The notes under the pieces were generated by a model that saw only the letters and a list, made by a program, of their open reading frames with translations, had not been told where the DNA came from and searched no databases. The position numbers and the translations under genes were made by a program. From a virus, in the IMG/VR virus record IMGVR_UViG_3300032288_003533, positions 1-64,000 of that record: a stretch of DNA of 64,000 nt; one strand, 5' to 3'. Numbering within the stretch: the first letter of the stretch is position 1; each line of letters starts with the position of its first letter. This document shows, piece after piece, positions 56,213 through 64,000 of this stretch.

Positions 56213-56793
56213 ATTTCCAATATTTTTTCTTTTAATTGGTTTATTTTTTGTATAACAAATTTTGTTTTAATATTTTTATTATACTCTTGCTCATACTTTA
56301 TAAAAATTTTATTATTAGGTATTTCTAATAATAAACTAGGATTTGCTGTAAGTAAAACATCTATTGAATTTATCATATCATTTTTTGTCTGTTCACTATA
56401 AAATTTTATATTTTCTACTAAACAAGAAAATTTTGACAAAAAAAACAATGTTGCTGGTTTGGATTTTCCAATTTCATCTGACACAATAATAATTTCATGA
56501 TTATTCCTCATATCCAAATAAAAATCATTTAAATCATTCATTCCAGTATATTCAATAGATGCAGCATGCCCAAATATTTCCATTGGATGCTCAATATATA
56601 AAAAATTATATAAATCATCATCCAGTGGAAATTTAAAATGATTTAAAAGATTTAAGGAATCAATTGGGTAATTTATTTCATATTTAAATTCTGAATCATT
56701 ATCTTCATTTGAAACATAAAACTTATCATAAACTTGTTCTATCTTCCCAAGAGTATCCCTTAATACTCCATTTAAATCAATTGCTATCTTCAT
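56206..56793 (-). CDS. HAD-fold 5'(3')-deoxyribonucleotidase-like protein
   Basis: MKIAIDLNGVLRD, a DxDGV variant with the second Asp replaced by Asn. Confidence 0.6.
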   Translation of the reverse strand: MKIAIDLNGVLRDTLGKIEQVYDKFYVSNEDNDSEFKYEINYPIDSLNLLNHFKFPLDDDLYNFLYIEHPMEIFGHAASIEYTGMNDLNDFYLDMRNNHEIIIVSDEIGKSKPATLFFLSKFSCLVENIKFYSEQTKNDMINSIDVLLTANPSLLLEIPNNKIFIKYEQEYNKNIKTKFVIQKINQLKEKILEIC

Positions 56794-57508
56794 ATTTTTT
56801 CAATATTTTACTAATTATTGGGTTTCTAACAATATCCTCTTGTCCAAATTCATGCCTTGCAATATCATCAATATCATTTAATTTTTGCATTGCATCATAT
56901 AAACCAGTCCCCCTCTTGTCTTTATATCTATCAGTTTGTTCCAAATCACCAGATATAAAAAATTTAGTATTAAAACCTATTCTTGTCAATAGTAATTTCA
57001 TTTGGTTTGGTGTAGTGTTTTGGGCTTCCTCCAATACCAATATAGTGTTATCAATGTTTATACCCCTCATATAAGCAAGTGCCATAACCTCAATAACCTC
57101 CATATCCATTAATTTTTCACGGATATTTTTTCCAATTATTTTATTCAACAAGTAAAATGATGGATAAATATATGGATCCATTTTCTCATTGACTGTTCCT
57201 GGTAGGGCACCAAGTTTCTCTTCTGCTTCAACTGCTGGTTTAACAATCACCAATTTATCATATGTATTGTTAGGGTCTGCAAGTAAATCAACTGCTGCCT
57301 TCATTGACATATAACTCTTGCCAGTTCCTGCTGGACCAACACATATTGTGATTTGGTGATTTAACAATTTATCATAATAAATTGCTTGATTGTCATTTAG
57401 GAATTTCTCTTTTGTTTTCTTTTTTAGCAAACTACAAATTTGGCTTTTTCTTGATTGGGGAGCTAACTCAACCTCATCTTCTTTTTTCACAAATCTTCTT
57501 CTCGTCAT
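56777..57508 (-). CDS. phoH: PhoH-family ATPase
   Basis: GPAGTGKS, KPAVEAEEKLGALPG, LAYMRG, EEAQN, LLTRIG, GDLEQTD and DIVRNP. Confidence 0.93.
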   Translation of the reverse strand: MTRRRFVKKEDEVELAPQSRKSQICSLLKKKTKEKFLNDNQAIYYDKLLNHQITICVGPAGTGKSYMSMKAAVDLLADPNNTYDKLVIVKPAVEAEEKLGALPGTVNEKMDPYIYPSFYLLNKIIGKNIREKLMDMEVIEVMALAYMRGINIDNTILVLEEAQNTTPNQMKLLLTRIGFNTKFFISGDLEQTDRYKDKRGTGLYDAMQKLNDIDDIARHEFGQEDIVRNPIISKILKKYEDSN

Positions 57509-57578
57509 TAAATTGTTTTTATTTAATAAATAACAAGTGATATTATTTATATATCCATTTTTAATTATTAAATTAATA

Positions 57579-58931
57579 TTAAGTTTTATTTTTTAAAAAT
57601 AAATCCAAATCTTCTGGTGTACCTAGTCCCCACATTTTTGTTGCTTTAAATGTTATTATTTTTTTACCACCATTAATTGCTTCATTAAAAACAGGGCAAA
57701 CATAAAATTCATTATTAACTCTAATATTATTAGCAATCATTTGTTCAGCATATTTTACAAAATCTGAACCATTTTTCCAAAAATAATACCCCACAGTTGC
57801 TATATTTGATATAGGATTTTTTTCTTCAACCCTTTTCACAAAGTTATTATTGTCTAATTCAACAAATGACCATTTAGGATGGGTTGATTCAAATGTAACT
57901 ATACCTCCATCAAAATTAGTTTCTTGCATTTTATACATAAAGTCACTTGAACTCCATTCAACAAACTGATCAGAGTTGGCAAAAAATAATGGATTATCAT
58001 TATCTATATATTCTTTTGCTAACAAAGCAGTACAAGCGGCACCTTCTGTAATTCCATCAACATCAATTATCTTACAATTGGGGGTTATTAGGTTTAATAA
58101 TGTGTCTAAATTATATTTTTTTCTATGACTTTTTTGGACAACATAAATAAAATTAGCATCTAAGTTTAGATTATCCACAACAACTTGTATCATAGGCTTA
58201 CCATTAATATCAATTAATGGTTTTGGGAAAGTATATCCAGCTTTCTCAAATCTACTTCCAGCACCTGCCATTGGTATTAAAACATTTAGTTTTTCATTTT
58301 TCCATTTTGGATTATTTTCCATTTTTAAAGTATTAATATGTTTATTTATATTAAAATATGTCACATCATTTGGGGATATAACTCTCATAACATTTGAATT
58401 GGATCTATTTGCTGCCAATAAACCAAAAGGTGAATCTTCAACAATTAATGTTTCTTTGGGTAAGAATCCAAAATATGAAATTGTTTTCCAATACATTTCT
58501 GGGTGGGGTTTTGAATTATTCACATCCTCATTGGATACAATATAATCAAAATATTCAATTATATCTAATTTAGATAAAACAGTTAGAATAGTTTTTCTAA
58601 TACTATTAGAGCAAACTGCTATTTTGTAATTTTCTTTTGCTAATTCTTTTATAGTATTTTTTAATATGCTATTTGGTTTTATTTTCTTTAATTCTTCAAT
58701 AGTTAATTTTTGTTTTTTTAACCATATATCATTATATAATGATGGGGGTAAACCTTTACTTGTTGTTAATAATGTTAGTTTTTCATTTGTCTTTAACCCA
58801 TCATATTTATTTAAATGTTCCTCCCAGGATATCTCATATTTATTACCTAATGCTTCATTTAAAGTCTTATAATGAATGTTTTTTGCATCAACCAATACAC
58901 CATCTAAGTCAAAAATTATTAATTTAATCAT
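57579..58931 (-). CDS. HAD phosphatase fused to sugar-nucleotidyltransferase-like domain
   Basis: N-terminal FDLDGVL...KPHPE...EDS. C-terminal LIPMAGAGSRF...PKPLI...NSDQ...GLGTPEDL. Confidence 0.88.
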   Translation of the reverse strand: MIKLIIFDLDGVLVDAKNIHYKTLNEALGNKYEISWEEHLNKYDGLKTNEKLTLLTTSKGLPPSLYNDIWLKKQKLTIEELKKIKPNSILKNTIKELAKENYKIAVCSNSIRKTILTVLSKLDIIEYFDYIVSNEDVNNSKPHPEMYWKTISYFGFLPKETLIVEDSPFGLLAANRSNSNVMRVISPNDVTYFNINKHINTLKMENNPKWKNEKLNVLIPMAGAGSRFEKAGYTFPKPLIDINGKPMIQVVVDNLNLDANFIYVVQKSHRKKYNLDTLLNLITPNCKIIDVDGITEGAACTALLAKEYIDNDNPLFFANSDQFVEWSSSDFMYKMQETNFDGGIVTFESTHPKWSFVELDNNNFVKRVEEKNPISNIATVGYYFWKNGSDFVKYAEQMIANNIRVNNEFYVCPVFNEAINGGKKIITFKATKMWGLGTPEDLDLFLKNKT

Positions 58932-58944
58932 TTTTTATTATGTT

Positions 58945-59592
58945 TTATCTAACAAAAGAAAATATTGTATGCCCCATATATGAATCTATCAAATTATCAA
59001 TATAATTTATATCACCACCAAATTTTAATATTTTATGATTTATTTCATGAGTCATCTTATTCTCTATTAATAATTCATTTATTGATTTTTGAAAAATATC
59101 TAAATACTTTCTAGGGAAAATCCATAAATTATCATCACAATTACCAGAAGGATGTTCAACAGTTATATTAAATTTATTTAAATCTATATTAAATATATCA
59201 TATTTTTTATGAAAAAAAATATCAAAACGTGTGAAAATAAAATAGTCATAATTTTTATTTCTTAATTTTTCTTCTTCAATAATCATAGAAATTAATATAT
59301 TTAAATGATTTAATTGTGCCACCCAAGTATTTGATGAGATATTAGTTTGGCTAGTAAATGTGTATTTTTTAGATTTATAATCTCTTACTAGTATACTATT
59401 TAACTTATCATTTATATTATATGATGACATAAATGTATCTATTTTATTATCATATAATAATAACTCATCATAAATCATTTCATTATGATTTTTTATTGTT
59501 TCATCTAATTTATTTAACAAATATTTATCAACACCATATTGCCTAATATAATTAATATTAAAGACACCTTTGTAACATATTCCAATATCCAT
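58945..59592 (-). CDS. Putative glycosyltransferase
   Basis: IGICYKG...YDYFIFTRFDI...CDD pattern, within the glycosylation cluster. Confidence 0.6.
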   Translation of the reverse strand: MDIGICYKGVFNINYIRQYGVDKYLLNKLDETIKNHNEMIYDELLLYDNKIDTFMSSYNINDKLNSILVRDYKSKKYTFTSQTNISSNTWVAQLNHLNILISMIIEEEKLRNKNYDYFIFTRFDIFFHKKYDIFNIDLNKFNITVEHPSGNCDDNLWIFPRKYLDIFQKSINELLIENKMTHEINHKILKFGGDINYIDNLIDSYMGHTIFSFVR

Positions 59593-59601
59593 TTTTTTAA
59601 A

Positions 59602-60297
59602 TTAAAAAATACCACGTTTATTTTTATCAATATTATATTCAGTTAGAATAATATCTAATTCATTTTTATACTCCAAGTAATTCCATTTACCTCTAACTAT
59701 TGCTGTTGCAATATATGGGAAAACTAAACTATCATAGTGACAACTCCCCCTCTTTGACTCCCCACCTATTTTACACATAAAATCTTTATTATTATTTATA
59801 ATTGCATTTTCTAATTCATATATATTTAAAGATGGTAGTTCATTTAATTTTTCATATAATGTGTCTTTTAATATAAGTGTTGGTTGTATAGAAAATTTAG
59901 AATATCCATTTAAAATTAATGTTGAATCAATATGTGGGGTAGAATTATTTACATCATCTACATAAATCAATTTTATGCTACTAGCACTCTTGTCTTTAAT
60001 ATACCCAATATATCTTTCAATAATTTTATTATTTGGTTTATCATACAAAAACATATCTTCATGTATAAATAAAAAATAATCACACAATAATTTATCTAAA
60101 CTATCTTTAATTCTATCAGAATATTTTTTTTTATCATCATATAAAATAATATTACATTTAACTGGAATATTAGAATCATAATCATTAACTAAAACATATA
60201 ATTTTGAATCTGGCAAAAATTTATTTATTTGTCCAAAGAAAGGTGCCCAAGCATCTTTATAGTCAGTATGAGTATATACTAATATATTTAACTCCAT
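59602..60297 (-). CDS. Putative glycosyltransferase
   Basis: YFLFIHEDMFL, QPT and AIVRGKW, within the glycosylation cluster. Confidence 0.6.
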   Translation of the reverse strand: MELNILVYTHTDYKDAWAPFFGQINKFLPDSKLYVLVNDYDSNIPVKCNIILYDDKKKYSDRIKDSLDKLLCDYFLFIHEDMFLYDKPNNKIIERYIGYIKDKSASSIKLIYVDDVNNSTPHIDSTLILNGYSKFSIQPTLILKDTLYEKLNELPSLNIYELENAIINNNKDFMCKIGGESKRGSCHYDSLVFPYIATAIVRGKWNYLEYKNELDIILTEYNIDKNKRGIF

Positions 60298-61013
60298 ATT
60301 GTGTTTAATGTTATTTTATTATCCCATAAACCATTTTCTAACATCCACCATTTATAAAATGCAATTGAGTTAGACAAATCCCCTATATTACCTTCTATAT
60401 TTTTTGCAAATTTGTGAAAATTGGAATCTAAATACATATTTTTTTCCAAACAATCATATAATTTAGTAAAATTATGCATAATTTCATATGAACCATAAAA
60501 CCACATATCAGGTGGACCCATATGAAAATGATTCCAATTAGCCATATAGATTTTATTTTTTTTTATATTTTTTATAAAATTTATGCATTGAACTGGGTAT
60601 GGGTTATGCCTCCCAGGTCCAGAAGTATTTCTATTTATTCTCCCTAAATCAAACCTTGATTTTACAACTATATCATATTTTTTATTATCTTCATATAACA
60701 ATTTAAAAACTTCACTAATACTATAAAAATGTGACAAAACATTCTGTGGGGGTCTAGGTGGTGCTATTAAATTATTTAATCCTCTTTCATTAATTAACTT
60801 TGAAAAATCTTTTTGGTAGTCAAATTTAAAATTTATAGGATTATATAGACTTATTATTTGATTTTTTTTATCCACATCCCAGCTATGTATATATACATCA
60901 ACATCATTTTTATTTATTATGTTTTCATTTATATATTTATAACCATCCACACCATTTGATGATGAATCTTCAATTGAGTTGAAAAGCCCATGTAAGCAAA
61001 GTGCAATTCTCAT
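60288..61013 (-). CDS. Putative glycosyltransferase
   Basis: RIALCLHG...DVYIHSWD...YDIVVKSRFDL...PDMWFYG. Confidence 0.65.
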   Translation of the reverse strand: MRIALCLHGLFNSIEDSSSNGVDGYKYINENIINKNDVDVYIHSWDVDKKNQIISLYNPINFKFDYQKDFSKLINERGLNNLIAPPRPPQNVLSHFYSISEVFKLLYEDNKKYDIVVKSRFDLGRINRNTSGPGRHNPYPVQCINFIKNIKKNKIYMANWNHFHMGPPDMWFYGSYEIMHNFTKLYDCLEKNMYLDSNFHKFAKNIEGNIGDLSNSIAFYKWWMLENGLWDNKITLNTIWS

Positions 61014-61015
61014 TA

Positions 61016-61654
61016 TTATATTACTTTATTATTTTTAAATATAGTGAAATTTGTTAAATCTCTATACCCATTGTGTTCATCTAAATCATCATTATGCATT
61101 GGCATATTTTGCATAAGAGCAAGACCATGTGATGCTTGTTGTGGAGTTATGTACATATTCCATCCAAGCATTTCAATATCATCCTCATGATATAGTTTTT
61201 CGCTTCTACCTTCATATCTGGCTTTTTTAAACCAATTAAATGCATCTTCATTATCTGTAAGAATCATACCACCTTTACCTATTTTTAAGTGTTTTTTTAT
61301 ATGAAATGACAAACACATAAATGTATTTGGTATATACATATTAGATGTGAATCTTTTTGCTGAGTCATATATTGGGTATGGTTTTAATTGGTAAATACCT
61401 TTCCAATTATTAGTTTCTTCTGTTGTGTCAAAGACAACTTCTCCTCCAGCATGTATAATTGATTGAGGTACAGATAAATAAGTTTTTGAAGGTATTGTAA
61501 TTTCACCAACATTTAAATATTTGCATACTAAAAATATAGCATTAGTACAATTATCAACAGATATTGCATATGGAGCATTAGTATAATTAGCAATTTCTTC
61601 TTCAAAATTTTTAACAATTGAAAAAGGATTATTATTTGGTTTTTTATATTTCAT
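61016..61654 (-). CDS. DegT/DnrJ/EryC1/StrS-family PLP aminotransferase (short form)
   Basis: FEEEIANY...NCTNA, DSA and LSFHIKKHL..GKGGMILTD. Confidence 0.85.
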   Translation of the reverse strand: MKYKKPNNNPFSIVKNFEEEIANYTNAPYAISVDNCTNAIFLVCKYLNVGEITIPSKTYLSVPQSIIHAGGEVVFDTTEETNNWKGIYQLKPYPIYDSAKRFTSNMYIPNTFMCLSFHIKKHLKIGKGGMILTDNEDAFNWFKKARYEGRSEKLYHEDDIEMLGWNMYITPQQASHGLALMQNMPMHNDDLDEHNGYRDLTNFTIFKNNKVI

Positions 61655-62051
61655 ATTTTAAATAAAATAAATTGTTATCACTTTTTATAATTTTAAATTT
61701 ATTTTTTATAAACAAATTTAAACTAGATTTATTTGATTTTAACACTTTAACATCAATATTTGGATTATTTTCAATAATTTTAGACAGCATAAATTTTGCA
61801 ACTCCTTGTTTTTTAAAATTCCAATGAGTACATATTCTTAAATCATTATCAACAACACCAACATAACCAGTAGGTGTATCTCCACTTAAACATATGAAGT
61901 AACAATTATGATATTTTTGCATATACAAAATTTGGTCTTCTTTAGTTATTTTTGACTTATTTATAAATCCATTTTCATTTTTAGGATGAGTTCTGAGGGT
62001 TCTAATAAATTCATAGTACTTTTCATCACAAGCAACTAATTTCAATTCCAT
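61644..62051 (-). CDS. GNAT N-acetyltransferase
   Basis: GYVGV...FKKQGVAK...NKSSLNLFIKNKF. Adjacent to the aminotransferase. Confidence 0.8.
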   Translation of the reverse strand: MELKLVACDEKYYEFIRTLRTHPKNENGFINKSKITKEDQILYMQKYHNCYFICLSGDTPTGYVGVVDNDLRICTHWNFKKQGVAKFMLSKIIENNPNIDVKVLKSNKSSLNLFIKNKFKIIKSDNNLFYLKYEI

Positions 62052-62830
62052 AAACATTCCATATTTAGATGATTTTTTCCTTTATTTAACCAATATTCTT
62101 GTAAGTATAATCTACTATATTTCCAACTATCTAGTGATAGTAATGGATTTAATGTACTCCCAATTTCTAAATAAGTGTTATTATTTGAAGTTTTATGCAA
62201 TTCATGTATTAGTAAATTACTAAAACTAGCAGCAGATACTAAAAATAATTTATTTGTTATATTATAATCTATAATATATTTTTTAATAATATCAATTAAA
62301 TAATAATCATTAATAAATGAATTTTTACCTACTCTAAAATCCTTTTCTACTAAAAAAGGTAAATTTTTAAAATCAGCATTTTCATTAACAACAAAAATAA
62401 TTTCTTTTTTTTCAAAAATTGGCACTATTTCTTTCATATATCTTTCATAATTGCCATTTATTAGTAGATTTGCCCAAGTTAAAGTTTCTGAATCTCCCCC
62501 AGCCAAATCAATCATCCATTTAAACACACTATAATCAACATCAGGTCTAGTACAAATTCCCCTATAAAAGTTAGGTAAATTACAAGCCAATGATTCTTCT
62601 AGTTTTTTTCTAAAAAATTCATGTTTTCCTGGAATAAATTGTTTGTGTTCTTCATTAGTGTAAATACCATAACCTTTTTCTTTGTCAATTATATAGTGAT
62701 TATCATTTAATTCTAAATGTTTATTTTGTAATACAAATAATTCACCATCAGAAAATCTGGTAAATGAAAAATTAATATTATTTTCCAAATTAAATTTTAA
62801 TTTATCAAAGTCACCACTAAATGTTTTCAT
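62042..62830 (-). CDS. Putative GT-D fold (DUF1792-like) glycosyltransferase
   Basis: FSFTRFSDGE at the N-terminus and YLEIGS at the C-terminus. Confidence 0.65.
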   Translation of the reverse strand: MKTFSGDFDKLKFNLENNINFSFTRFSDGELFVLQNKHLELNDNHYIIDKEKGYGIYTNEEHKQFIPGKHEFFRKKLEESLACNLPNFYRGICTRPDVDYSVFKWMIDLAGGDSETLTWANLLINGNYERYMKEIVPIFEKKEIIFVVNENADFKNLPFLVEKDFRVGKNSFINDYYLIDIIKKYIIDYNITNKLFLVSAASFSNLLIHELHKTSNNNTYLEIGSTLNPLLSLDSWKYSRLYLQEYWLNKGKNHLNMECLWN

Positions 62831-63573
62831 AATACTTTTTTTCTTTTAACTATAAAACTTTTATACTCTTCAATATGCTTTTCTTCACTATACAAATAAT
62901 ACATCCCAAGATTGTGTTTTTTATTAAATTCACTAAGTCTTTCTTTTCTAATTTTTTGTTTATATAAAAAATCATTTAGACCTAAATATTTATAATGTAG
63001 CATTTTTAAGTTATTATCAACACAATATTTAACATCCCCAATTGGATTTGCAATATGGCAACCAAAACTATAATTTATATCAGATATTTTATTTGGGTTA
63101 AACATCATTAGTTTGTCATTGCTACTTCCAATTATGCCATATTGAACTTTTTCTATTAGATTATCATTATCATCCAAGATTAAATCTTCATCACCTATCA
63201 TATGATAACCTTCTGGTTTGAATATAGTATAACCTTTTTCTTTTGAATCATTAAGAAACTCATACATATTTGGGTGGTATAAAAATTCATCTGCATCCCC
63301 AATTATAACAAAATCACATTTGCCAATACTATCCCTCCACAAATTGTTTTTCATCCTAAGGTATAAATCATCTCTAACTTCATTTTTAGAATCCCAACTA
63401 ACAATTGATGTATTGGGAAATGAATTAATTATTTCAATGCTTCTATCATTTGATTTATTATCCAAAAATATAATTTTATCACAAAATTTTGAATAGTACT
63501 TTATCAAATGTGGTAATATGTATTCTTCATTATAACATAAAAAATACGCATGTACTATTGGTTTATTTTCCAT
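62827..63573 (-). CDS. Glycosyltransferase family 2-like
   Basis: CYNEE...LDNKSNDRS...GDADEFL...LHYKY. Confidence 0.85.
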   Translation of the reverse strand: MENKPIVHAYFLCYNEEYILPHLIKYYSKFCDKIIFLDNKSNDRSIEIINSFPNTSIVSWDSKNEVRDDLYLRMKNNLWRDSIGKCDFVIIGDADEFLYHPNMYEFLNDSKEKGYTIFKPEGYHMIGDEDLILDDNDNLIEKVQYGIIGSSNDKLMMFNPNKISDINYSFGCHIANPIGDVKYCVDNNLKMLHYKYLGLNDFLYKQKIRKERLSEFNKKHNLGMYYLYSEEKHIEEYKSFIVKRKKVL

Positions 63574-64000
63574 TTTTTAATAATTTGAATCCTTTATCCA
63601 AATAACCCATAAAAGCATTATTCATTGTTGACATATTTTGCATATTTTTTGATATTGCAACCCCATCTGATCCTATTGTCCAAGCAGAATCTGGTTTGCT
63701 GCCCCACATTTCCCTATCATCCATCGGGTGAGGTGGAACGTATGTTTTTTTATTTGTGTATTTTTGTAGAGTATATGAAAAATGCATATCTTCACCAACC
63801 AAAACACTATGATTAATATCTGGTAACTCTCTCCAAAAAGTTGCCAAATCTTCTCTTTTAAAGAACCAAGAATGCCCAACAATATCAACAACTTCTGTTT
63901 TTTCATTTGGTCTATCCCACCCAACTCTTACATTCTGAACATAGTTTTTTTCATTCAAAAATTTAACACCAATTGTGCCTAATAATCCATCATATTCTTG
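63563..64000 (-). CDS. Putative glycosyltransferase (5' end beyond window)
   Basis: The frame is open to the window edge (QEYDGLLGTIGVKF...). Contains VDIVGHSWFF and GEDMHFS. Confidence 0.65.
   Translation of the reverse strand, partial: QEYDGLLGTIGVKFLNEKNYVQNVRVGWDRPNEKTEVVDIVGHSWFFKREDLATFWRELPDINHSVLVGEDMHFSYTLQKYTNKKTYVPPHPMDDREMWGSKPDSAWTIGSDGVAISKNMQNMSTMNNAFMGYLDKGFKLLKNGK

Noticed and set aside
1-64000. Stop-codon reassignment as in some large phages
   Set aside because: Core genes are full length under the standard code, and TAA, TAG and TGA all terminate genes at sensible positions.

Overview
This is a gene-dense, very AT-rich fragment of a large T4-like (jumbo-type) tailed phage genome using the standard genetic code. 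The host is most likely Bacteroidetes, based on TAnnTTTG promoters, A-rich leaders lacking Shine-Dalgarno motifs, a DUF4494-like gene and a Gly-resume tmRNA. The window holds the head module (large terminase, portal, prohead protease, scaffold, gp23-like major capsid protein), a gp5-like spike gene and a gp55-like late sigma factor with a recurring TATTTAT(A/T) upstream motif. It also holds lysis and cell-wall enzymes, nucleotide metabolism genes and the start of a glycosylation cluster. A proteostasis set comprises a tmRNA with an unusually long tag, ClpP, a ClpC lacking its N-domain, Hsp20, cyclophilin and an M20/M28 peptidase. The most striking feature is a family of 17 paralogous short-LRR genes in four tightly packed tandem arrays (about 10.7 kb, about 17% of the window). 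These have constant N- and C-caps, 4-17 repeats with variable binding-face residues, and modules shared between distant copies, resembling a diversifying binder repertoire. All product calls come from motif recognition by eye, not database searches.
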